DNA of 47,593 nt from Candidatus Krumholzibacteriia bacterium (GTDB lineage Bacteria > Krumholzibacteriota > Krumholzibacteriia > Krumholzibacteriales > Krumholzibacteriaceae): positions 1 to 47,593 of the forward strand of contig JAPLKY010000206.1 of NCBI GenBank assembly GCA_026387805.1, read 5' to 3'. The translations under genes and the position numbers were made by a program. Below are positions 18,898-26,854 of the stretch, in pieces (position 1 is the first letter of the stretch; each line of letters starts with the position of its first letter). The notes beneath the pieces are model-generated. The model did no database searches and was not told the origin of the DNA. It was given only the letters and a program-made list of their open reading frames with translations.

Positions 18898-20571
18898 ATG
18901 GCAAGCGGATTCATCAAAGAAAACTCTGCCAACTCGATGGGGAGAAGCCTCATGCATGACTACGATGTGCTGATAATCGGCGGCTACTCGCTGGGCGACA
19001 GCTCCCCGGGCGCCGAAGTAAGGGATTCCATCCGGCTCAGCTACAAGAATCACTACGCGAGCTTGGACTTCATAAAGTTCCTCGTGGAATCAAAAGGCGA
19101 CCTGAACCTCGCCGAAAGCAACTACCGGGAGGGCAATAGATCTCGGCTCGTCGGCCGCCCCCTCAATTCCATATACCTTTATGATTTCCTCAATAGAAAC
19201 GGCATCAGAACGGAATCAGTCGGCTACTTCCTCCTCGAACAGAATAGGTTCAGGGATCTCATGGCTGCAGGACCAAAGGTTGTGGCCATATCGACAACTT
19301 TCATCGAGGACGCACAGAAAGTTGTCGAAATAGCACGGGCGGCACGAGAGCTATCGCCCACCTCCGTCATCGTCGTGGGGGGCGTCAAGATATTAAAGGA
19401 TTTCAGGAAATACTCTCTTTTCAACCAGGGCTACTTCGAAGCATGGGATAAGGAGGCGCTCTCCGCCCACAGCTTCTTTCTGAATGAGGAGCTCGACAAA
19501 AAGCTCGACGCTCTCGTAATAGAGGAATGCGGCGAGCTCACACTCCTCGAGATTGCACGAAAGATACTCGCGGGACAGGACTTCAGAACTTCGCCCAACA
19601 TTTCCTATAGAGCCAAGGGCTCCCTGATCTTCACTGAGCGCATCAGGGAACCGTATTCTTTCGACAAGAATATCATTCGGTGGGATGAAATACCGCGCGA
19701 CATGATCGGCTACGACATTCCCGTGCGCGCCGGGATGGGTTGTCCCTTCAAATGCTCTTTCTGCGACTTCGCGGGCTTGCATAGGGTGAAACTACGAACT
19801 CCCGAAAGCATCATCGAGGAGCTCGCACTCATCCATCGCAGCTTCCCGGAGGCGCACGTGTTTTTCACCGATGACAACCTGTTCACGACGAGGAAGCGCA
19901 CGAAGGATCTCGCGGTCGCAATGGCGCGCGCGGGATTGAAGATTCCCTGGCACGCGTTCTTTCGCACGGATGCGATTTCCGGGGAGAATGCGGAGCTCCT
20001 CGCCGAATCCGGCTGTTTCAATGCTTTACTCGGAATTGAATCCGGAGATGACACCGTCCTTAGGAATATGAACAAGAGAGCGACAAGAGAACAGAACCTG
20101 AAAGCGGTTGAGCATCTGAATAGACACGGCATCAGTACTATTTCCACTATGATAGTGGGCTTCCCTGGCGAAACCACCGAATCTGTCGATAGTACGATCA
20201 GCCTCTTGAACAGCTATCCAGACACGGAGTATCCCATCAACAAGTACTATCCTTTTGTTTTTGTGGTTCTTCCGCTGGCCCCAATCAACTCTCCGCTCAA
20301 CAGAAAAAGATACGCAATAACCGGCGGTTATAGCAAATGGGCTCATAGCACTATGGATTCCGCCACTGCCTCTGACGAGTTTCTGAGATTGTTCAGAGAA
20401 GTCAAGGTCCCCTCCGTGGCTTACCTTGAGTATATTGACCCTGATATTCCCGCTTCGAAGCTTGCTCAAATATCCAGAACCAGGGACGGCATCGTAAAGA
20501 CCCGCATACGGGTCATCGATAAATCGAATGTACAGACGGTGTATGAATCCTTCAAAAGAATCCTAGGTTAG
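18898..20571 (+). CDS. B12-binding-domain radical SAM enzyme (class B rSAM)
   Basis: The ATG lies 1 nt after the upstream TAG. The N-terminal Rossmann-like segment (KVVAISTTFIEDAQKVVEIARAARELSPTSVIVVGG) is followed by CPFKCSFC (CX3CX2C, nt 19741-19764). Confidence 0.8.
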   Translation: MASGFIKENSANSMGRSLMHDYDVLIIGGYSLGDSSPGAEVRDSIRLSYKNHYASLDFIKFLVESKGDLNLAESNYREGNRSRLVGRPLNSIYLYDFLNRNGIRTESVGYFLLEQNRFRDLMAAGPKVVAISTTFIEDAQKVVEIARAARELSPTSVIVVGGVKILKDFRKYSLFNQGYFEAWDKEALSAHSFFLNEELDKKLDALVIEECGELTLLEIARKILAGQDFRTSPNISYRAKGSLIFTERIREPYSFDKNIIRWDEIPRDMIGYDIPVRAGMGCPFKCSFCDFAGLHRVKLRTPESIIEELALIHRSFPEAHVFFTDDNLFTTRKRTKDLAVAMARAGLKIPWHAFFRTDAISGENAELLAESGCFNALLGIESGDDTVLRNMNKRATREQNLKAVEHLNRHGISTISTMIVGFPGETTESVDSTISLLNSYPDTEYPINKYYPFVFVVLPLAPINSPLNRKRYAITGGYSKWAHSTMDSATASDEFLRLFREVKVPSVAYLEYIDPDIPASKLAQISRTRDGIVKTRIRVIDKSNVQTVYESFKRILG

Positions 20572-20589
20572 GAATCGCCGAGAGGCGCT

Positions 20590-22254
20590 ATGACCCATCC
20601 ATCGAGACTCATAGAACAAGCCCTAGGAGAATGGGCGGAAACCCTCGGGTCAGATGCTGTCCTAACCGGCCTGAATGCGACGGAGCTTTACCGGACAAAC
20701 GAGCTTTCTGCCAAGCGCGACATTGCCGCTGTGCTGAAGCCCCGGGGTTCTTCTCAGCTTGTTGCAGCGGTGAGAACGGCGCGCAAGTGCGGCCTCCCCC
20801 TCTACCCCGTCAGCACCGGCTGCAACTGGGGATACGGCGCAGCGAGCCCCGTCGTAGACGACTGTGTAGTCGTCGACCTCTCCAAAATGAATCAGATAGT
20901 GGACTTCGATGAAGAGCTCGGGCTTGTGACCGTTCAGCCGGGGGTGACGCCCCGGCAACTGAGGGATTTCCTGGATGCGAGGAGATCCCGATGGCTTGTG
21001 CCCGTAAGCGGCGCCGGGCCGCAATGCAGCCTCATCGGAAATGCCCTGGAGCGGGGGTATGGTGTCACCCCGTATGTGGACCACTTCAGCGCCGTTACTT
21101 CCATCGAGGCAGTGCTACCCGACGGGGAGATTTATCGCTCGGCCCTTTCGGCTGCTGGAGGCGCGGAGATCGACCAAGCCTTCAAATGGGGCGTGGGTCC
21201 GTACCTCGATGGGATCTTCAGCCAGGGCGCCTTCGGCATAGTGACCGAGATGACTATCGCTCTTGCTCCTATCCCCGAGGAAGTGGTTGCATTCATCTTC
21301 AGCTTAAAAGCGGAAGAAGACCTTGAGCCGGCTATCATCGCAGTCCATGAGATCCTGAAGTCTGTGGGAAATGTCCTGGGCTCGATCAATCTCATGAACG
21401 GCCACCGAATGCTCGCGATGGTCGAAGACTATCCCTTCAACCGGGTCGAAAAGGGAAGCCTCATGACGCACTCCCTTGTGGATGATCTGCTCAAGAAGAA
21501 TTTCTTGGGACGATGGACCCTGGGGGGTATTGTCTACGGCGACCGAGGGCTCGTTAAGTCCGCAATTTCTCTGATCAAGAGACGATCGGCGGGGATCAAG
21601 TGCCGGAAGCTCTTCTTCAATAGAAAGCGAATCAATCTCCTCAAGGCAGTCGCGAGACGCCTGCCCGGATCGCAGGCGGCGATGCTACGAAAGCAGCTCG
21701 GTAACCTCGATGATGCCTTCAATGTCGCGGAGGGCGCCCCGACGGAAACGGCGCTCAAGCTCTGCTACTGGAAGAGCGGGCAGCGGCCGCCGGAGGGGCA
21801 ACTGATGAATCCGGCCCGCGACGGGTGCGGGGTCATCTGGTACTCCCCCCTCGTTCCGATGAAGCCGGAGAAGGCGCGGGCCTACGTGGACATGGTCTAC
21901 CGAGTATGCGCCGAACACCGGATAGAGCCGCTCATCACCTTGACCTCGCTCTCCCACCGCTGCTTCGATTCGACCGTGCCGATTCTGTTCGATCCGCGGC
22001 ACGCGGATGATACAGCGCGGGCGAAGAAATGCTATGAGGCGCTCTTCGAAGCCGGGAAGGAGCTCGGGGTCCTGCCCTATCGCGTGGGAATCGATCATAT
22101 GGGCCTCATTGTCCGGCCCGACTCGACGTACTGGAAACTCGTCGCCAGGCTGAAAGAAGCTATCGACCCAGGCGGCATCATCGCGCCCGGAAGATACTGT
22201 CCGACCGATCACCCTCACGGCGCGCCCGAATGCCGACTTGGCGAAAATTCGTAG
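20590..22254 (+). CDS. FAD-linked oxidoreductase, PCMH/VAO (4-cresol dehydrogenase / vanillyl-alcohol oxidase) family
   Basis: 554 aa containing VSTGCNWGYGAASP, DLSKMNQIVDFDEELGLVTVQPGVT, GNALERGYGVTPYVDHF and FKWGVGPYLDGIFSQGAFGIVTEM. These are the hallmark blocks of the PCMH-type FAD-binding domain and its 4-alkylphenol-oxidising subfamily. Confidence 0.8.
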   Translation: MTHPSRLIEQALGEWAETLGSDAVLTGLNATELYRTNELSAKRDIAAVLKPRGSSQLVAAVRTARKCGLPLYPVSTGCNWGYGAASPVVDDCVVVDLSKMNQIVDFDEELGLVTVQPGVTPRQLRDFLDARRSRWLVPVSGAGPQCSLIGNALERGYGVTPYVDHFSAVTSIEAVLPDGEIYRSALSAAGGAEIDQAFKWGVGPYLDGIFSQGAFGIVTEMTIALAPIPEEVVAFIFSLKAEEDLEPAIIAVHEILKSVGNVLGSINLMNGHRMLAMVEDYPFNRVEKGSLMTHSLVDDLLKKNFLGRWTLGGIVYGDRGLVKSAISLIKRRSAGIKCRKLFFNRKRINLLKAVARRLPGSQAAMLRKQLGNLDDAFNVAEGAPTETALKLCYWKSGQRPPEGQLMNPARDGCGVIWYSPLVPMKPEKARAYVDMVYRVCAEHRIEPLITLTSLSHRCFDSTVPILFDPRHADDTARAKKCYEALFEAGKELGVLPYRVGIDHMGLIVRPDSTYWKLVARLKEAIDPGGIIAPGRYCPTDHPHGAPECRLGENS

Positions 22255-22321
22255 TTCTTGTACCGCTGGGTGCATCTGAAGAAGACTTCATCGTGGGATC
22301 CATACTTAATGGAGTGGTGCG

Positions 22322-22771
22322 ATGCAAGCACGTTCCCATATCCTGCTCGGGCTCATTCTCGCTATCGTTTTCTCTGGTGCGTTCAACACCGTGCCTGGGC
22401 AGGCGAACGGACAGAGTGAGGCCGATACGGTGGCAGCCCAGGATAGCTTCACGCCAATGGAGCTCATCAAGTTCCCGAGCCCCATCTATCCGGACGAGTG
22501 CCATAAGCGAGGCATCGAGGCAATAGTCCACGTTGGGCTCATAGTGAATGAGGCTGGGAATGTGGCGCAAGTTTTTCAAGCTCACACGGATTTCGATAGT
22601 AAACTTGCCCGGCATATGGACAAGAACCGGCTAAGAAGGTTCGCAAAGCTCTTCGAGGACAGCGCCATTGCCGCGGTCAAGCAGTTTGAGTTCAAGCCGG
22701 CTACCCGCGGCGGTAAACCCGTGGCACAACGCGTATGTGATATGAAAATCAGATTTCAGTTACATGATTAG
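22322..22771 (+). CDS. TonB C-terminal-domain protein (short, membrane-anchored or secreted)
   Basis: 149 aa with a hydrophobic N-terminus ILLGLILAIVFSGAF. It has the TonB_C-like pattern PIYPDECHKRGIEAIVHVGLIVNEAGNV...FKPATRGGKPV and lacks a Pro-rich spacer. Confidence 0.6.
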   Translation: MQARSHILLGLILAIVFSGAFNTVPGQANGQSEADTVAAQDSFTPMELIKFPSPIYPDECHKRGIEAIVHVGLIVNEAGNVAQVFQAHTDFDSKLARHMDKNRLRRFAKLFEDSAIAAVKQFEFKPATRGGKPVAQRVCDMKIRFQLHD

Positions 22772-23012
22772 AAGAACTCTGCCGCTCGCCTTGTAGATGC
22801 GAAGATATCAATCGAGAGGATCTTGACGCCATTGGCGGCGCCTTCCATTCAGATTCTTCCGAGAAGAGCCCGCCGCTATCGTCGTCGTATTGGGAGGTTT
22901 CGAGGGAATGAGCTCCAAAACGACAGCGATAGCGCTTAGGCGAGCACCGGAAGGGAGTGCCCGGGAACTTTGTCGATCCGTTCTTGTGGACAGACAGAAA
23001 GCGAGCGCGTTG

Positions 23013-23387
23013 CTATTCTCCTATTATCAACCGCTTTCGTTCCTCTTTGATGCCCTGCGATGCGTGGTATGCATTCACGCAGCGCAGCGAGCAAAAATAG
23101 TCGCCGTCTTCGACGATTACTACACTCCTCATCAGTCTTTCTGCATCACCTTCGATGCTGCTCAAAGCCTGGTCCTTGTTCTTGTTTTGAACTACGTACT
23201 GCTCATCTGGACGCCGCCGTATAACGTCGTAGTATTTCCCGGGAATGAAGGGAACGATCTCGTACCGGGCATCGAGAATCGGCTCTTTGCAATAAGCGCA
23301 TCGAACCGTCTTGCTGACGAATTGAGAGGCACACGACGACAAAACCACAATCGCAGCCAACATAAGAAACAAGAAGCAGTTCCTCAT
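23013..23387 (-). CDS. small lipoprotein with a CxxC...CxxxC zinc-ribbon/TRASH-like motif
   Basis: AAGGAGG lies 7 nt upstream of the ATG at 23387, so the longer track start at 23480 is unlikely. It has lipobox VVLSSC and the motifs CAYCKEP...DGDYFCSLRCVNAY. Confidence 0.55.
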   Translation of the reverse strand: MRNCFLFLMLAAIVVLSSCASQFVSKTVRCAYCKEPILDARYEIVPFIPGKYYDVIRRRPDEQYVVQNKNKDQALSSIEGDAERLMRSVVIVEDGDYFCSLRCVNAYHASQGIKEERKRLIIGE

Positions 23388-23665
23388 ATGCCATCCCTCC
23401 TTTGACATGAACAACGTCAAAGAGAGCTGCTTTTCGGAAATCCCCTCCGGCCGCATACTGCGGATGAAGCAGAAAAACATCTATGCTCGTGCAGGCGGAA
23501 TCAAACCTGTTCTGATGGGCGAATGCCCGGAACCTGTCATAATTCGCCGGCGCGCTACGCGCTTCTTTCGCCCCGCTTCTACCCCTGCCGATTCATCATC
23601 CTTGCGCTCTCCCTGTAACGGGCCCTCCGCCACGCAGGGACAGATTAAGCGACTTCTGCAAGCAC

Positions 23666-24004
23666 ATGCTGGCCATGGCGACGGCCCTTATCCCGCCGCC
23701 ATGGCTACCATTTCGACTCATACCCATCCTACAAAACCGTCTCCTAGCTTACAGTCCCCATCCACCCACTTTTGATTGGGGGGCATTGCGCGAGTGCTTG
23801 AAAATGCGAGTATTGCTACAGCAAAACCTTTACCGACAGCAGGCTCAAGAGGCAAATATGATGTCGGTGCTTTACGACCGCTCGTCCGGGTCCTTACCCG
23901 AGAAGATGCGAGAAATGCAGCTTGGCCAGATAAGAGAGCTCAGAAAGAAGGGATTGAGCGATCATCCTTACGCCTGGGCCGGATTCATTGCGTCCGGAGA
24001 CTGA
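23666..24004 (+). pseudogene. remnant of a CHAT-domain protein C-terminus (third, decayed paralog)
   Basis: The last ~75 aa (GALRECLKMRVLL...MMSVLY...MQLGQIRELRKKGLSDHPYAWAGFIASGD) align with the C-termini of both full-length CHAT genes (GLRRAFEMAG...QMDQIKKLRAEGSADHPYSWAAFIAIGDW). There are no TPR repeats, no HLATHG/LSAC catalytic region and no Shine-Dalgarno (SD) sequence. The frame is open only from 23543. Confidence 0.6.
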
Positions 24005-24106
24005 AGAACTCGGCCGTAATGCGGGACTACTGCCGTTAAACCTTCGAAACGGTCCCGTCCCCAAATCTGATTCATTCAAGAGCAATCCGATTCGGGGAAT
24101 CTACCC

Positions 24107-24604
24107 TTAAAAGAGACTCTTGATAGCCCCCCAACTAGTACCCTCTACGGCAATAGGCTCAGACGTAGTCACTGATAGGATCCCATACCACCACACCAGA
24201 GCCCCGAAGTTGCATCCGCCCGTCTGGCCTTCTGCCTGAAGTGTTAGCTTGTGTATGCCAGAAGTAATAGCTCCAAAGTCAACAACGTCTGTCTTTAGCG
24301 GTCTCCCCATAGGATCGGGGGAGTCCAGGTAACCTAGCCACTCGCTAGTGGTCACATAAGCATCATCCAAGAAGAAGTGGACTCTTATGGATGAACAATG
24401 CCCCGTGACTATATATTGGGCTCTTAATACACCATCCGTCTTGGGGAACACGTTGAAGACAGGTTCACAAACTTGAGTGCCGGAACTTGAACAAAAAATG
24501 CTGATTGCATAAGATGTATCAACTTGACCAGTTGTTCTTGCACAAAGAGAACTGGCAATCAACAACAAGACAAAAGCATCAAGGAATATCGTGTGCCTTG
24601 TCAT
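24107..24604 (-). CDS. secreted Cys-containing hypothetical protein
   Basis: 165 aa with signal peptide MTRHTIFLDAFVLLLIASSLCA. It ends ...VEGTSWGAIKSLF, a C-terminal tag like that of the 1007..2041 product. Confidence 0.55.
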   Translation of the reverse strand: MTRHTIFLDAFVLLLIASSLCARTTGQVDTSYAISIFCSSSGTQVCEPVFNVFPKTDGVLRAQYIVTGHCSSIRVHFFLDDAYVTTSEWLGYLDSPDPMGRPLKTDVVDFGAITSGIHKLTLQAEGQTGGCNFGALVWWYGILSVTTSEPIAVEGTSWGAIKSLF

Positions 24605-24951
24605 TGTTCTACCCCCCGAGAATGGCTAGCCCTGTATCGCACTCCAGCACTCAGACTGCCTTTGCATTAGGGATACAAGACTTGGATTTCATGGGCAGAA
24701 TTTTACAACACACTACACATTTTGTGAAGTTTGTTTTTGCCGCCGCGGGGAATTGGAAGGGGAATCGTGATCCATGGCTGAGAAAGCTTCTTTGTCATGG
24801 GGAGGCGGGGTGGCTGGTGCTTCGGGGACGGGAGGGGCGAAAGGAGTAGGGTACGGACCCTCCCCCAATAAATTCCTCCATATATTGACTCCTGCTCCTG
24901 AAGCTGCACTCCGGCTTGAAGCTAAATCATTGGAACGGCGTAAGTGAAATC

Positions 24952-24980
24952 TTGACAGTGTGGGCCACTCATCGTATCCT
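24952..24980 (+). promoter_or_regulatory. sigma-70-like promoter candidate for the ECF sigma gene
   Basis: TTGACA (24952-24957), a 17-nt spacer and TATCCT (24975-24980) lie ~40 nt upstream of the ATG at 25021. It is unknown whether this lineage uses this consensus. Confidence 0.35.
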
Positions 24981-25020
24981 GCTTACGTTGTGGAAATCAC
25001 CCAAGCTATTCTTATTGAAA

Positions 25021-25647
25021 ATGGGGGTCCAATTGACGGAGGATTTTTCATGGCCTCCTTTTCTCAAGCTGCTCGACAGCGATCCGGCCGCCGCATTTGA
25101 CGGTTTTTATCGTTTTGCGGTCAAATCCCTCACAGATATGCCCCCGAGGCTGATGCGCACCATGAATCGCGACGATTTCGAGGATCTCCTTCATGAAATC
25201 ATCTACCACTGCGTTAAGGATAACTATCGAGTGCTCCGGCAGTACGTTGCGAAAGGACACAGCTTCGCAGCCTGGCTCTATACCGTCGCGCATAACAAAT
25301 GCTTGGACATCCAAAGAAAGCCCATGATTGATTGCGAACCGATAGACAGGGACAAGAACGGGAAGAGCCTGGCGAATGTTCTTGCCGACAAAAAGAGCCG
25401 CGGCGAAGACCGCGCCGAATTGGTGGAGATACTGGAGGCAACCAAAAGGGCAATGGCTCAGATGGATGAACGGTGCCGTCTTTTGCTCGCGCTTGCGGCA
25501 GAGGAATACAAACCAGAGGAAATGGTTCTGGTGTTGAGAATGCCGCCCGGGCAGAACAAGAAGGTTTCTGATGATCTAAGGTATTGCCGGGAGAAGCTGA
25601 AGAAACTGCTGACTCAGGCAGGAATTGATATTAGAGCGTTGCTCTAA
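25021..25647 (+). CDS. RNA polymerase sigma-70 family, ECF-type sigma factor
   Basis: Region 2 reads DDFEDLLHEIIYHCV...FAAWLYTVAHNKCLDIQRK. The region 4 HTH reads ERCRLLLALAAEEYKPEEMVLVLRM...VSDDLRYCREKLKKLL. The ATG at 25021 is preferred over the track's TTG at 24916 because the promoter candidate lies inside that extension. Confidence 0.8.
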   Translation: MGVQLTEDFSWPPFLKLLDSDPAAAFDGFYRFAVKSLTDMPPRLMRTMNRDDFEDLLHEIIYHCVKDNYRVLRQYVAKGHSFAAWLYTVAHNKCLDIQRKPMIDCEPIDRDKNGKSLANVLADKKSRGEDRAELVEILEATKRAMAQMDERCRLLLALAAEEYKPEEMVLVLRMPPGQNKKVSDDLRYCREKLKKLLTQAGIDIRALL

Positions 25648-25770
25648 GTTGCTTCTCGGCGGTAACTTTCTATTTCTCAATAAGATGATGGTCCAAGGAA
25701 TATTTTTTCGAATGCGCCGGCCCGGATCGTTATAATGTAGAGCGCAATTGCAGGGAGCGATAGAAAAAAG

Positions 25771-26778
25771 GTGACTATGCCCCAAAGGCCCGAAAATCAC
25801 GTCTCGGATGAAGATGCCTTGGTGAACAGGCTCATTAGAGAATCGCGCGCCGAGCCGGCGCCCGGCTTCACTCGGCCTACCCAAGAAACGATTCTCGCGT
25901 ATCTCATGGGAACGGCCACTGCTGAGCAGGAAAAGCTGGTACGGAAGGCACTGCTCGAATCAAGAACCTTTAGCGACGAAATCCTGTGCATGGCCCGAGA
26001 TATTGAATCTCTTGACAGAGAGCGACTCCTCGAGCAAAAAAAAAGCCCGGTAGGCATCGCTGCGCCGGAGCTCGCCGACTTCCTAAGGAGACATGAACCG
26101 GATAGAGAGGCGCGAGCAACAGGCTCATTCCTTTCCAGGCTTCAATGGCTGCTGGTTCCCCGCAGACTCGTGCCGATAGCCGCTTCCGCTCTTGCAGTTC
26201 TTACATTTCTAATCGTGAGAATGGCGACGGGGCCGGTGCCGCAGATCGCTGAGACCACGCCGCCCTCTACTGCCCCGGTCGAGGTTGCTCCCATTACCGT
26301 GGCACTCGCCACTTGGAATCTGGTCAATTCAGCATTGGATCCCGGATACTTGCAGTCGAACATAACGCGCGGCGCCGAAACCCCGCAGCTCTACTCGAAC
26401 GCAAAAGAGGCTGCGGTTGCGAAGATAGCGTATCTTCTTGAACCGGTGAAAGGCGGATTCCGCCCTAAGTCCATCGAAAAAATGCAGCGCCCCGAGGGCG
26501 CCTATAGAACTGTGATGCTCATCTGCAATGATGTATCGGGAAACCACATAAAGGACATCGTAACGTATATTCCTTCAGTGCCCAGCACTGCCCGGCCCCG
26601 CATAACCGCCTGGGCCCTGACTCTGCCGGCGAGGAATCTGTACAATCTTCCGATGAAATCGGATACGATAACGGTACTTTTCTCAAAAGACATGCCTGCG
26701 GACGCGTGTATCGTTTTCACCTATGCCAAAGACAAAGAGCAGAAGGCAATACCAGGGTACTCACTCGAGAAGCAATAG
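25771..26778 (+). CDS. single-pass membrane protein, putative anti-sigma factor
   Basis: It lies directly downstream of the ECF sigma gene. The N-terminus ILAYLMGTATAEQEKLVRKALLESRTFSDEI resembles an anti-sigma N-domain without zinc ligands. It has one TM segment (LVPIAASALAVLTFLIV) and a ~170-aa extracytoplasmic domain of unknown type. The start is GTG 25771 or ATG 25777. Confidence 0.5.
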   Translation: MTMPQRPENHVSDEDALVNRLIRESRAEPAPGFTRPTQETILAYLMGTATAEQEKLVRKALLESRTFSDEILCMARDIESLDRERLLEQKKSPVGIAAPELADFLRRHEPDREARATGSFLSRLQWLLVPRRLVPIAASALAVLTFLIVRMATGPVPQIAETTPPSTAPVEVAPITVALATWNLVNSALDPGYLQSNITRGAETPQLYSNAKEAAVAKIAYLLEPVKGGFRPKSIEKMQRPEGAYRTVMLICNDVSGNHIKDIVTYIPSVPSTARPRITAWALTLPARNLYNLPMKSDTITVLFSKDMPADACIVFTYAKDKEQKAIPGYSLEKQ

Positions 26779-26854
26779 TTCTTTGTGAACGTATCATTGT
26801 ACTTTTTGCGGCGGCTGCGTTAATCCATTGTGAAAAATGAACCGGAGGTGGGCA

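Noticed and set aside
22890-23405. 171-aa plus-strand ORF opposite the zinc-ribbon lipoprotein gene.
   Set aside because: It overlaps almost completely a minus-strand gene that has a strong SD, a lipobox and a Cys motif. The plus-strand product has no features.
24932-24936. ECF-type autoregulated promoter (GGAAC -35 element) upstream of the sigma gene.
   Set aside because: GGAAC is present, but no CGT-type -10 element follows at 16-17 nt. The sigma-70-like TTGACA-N17-TATCCT is the better candidate.
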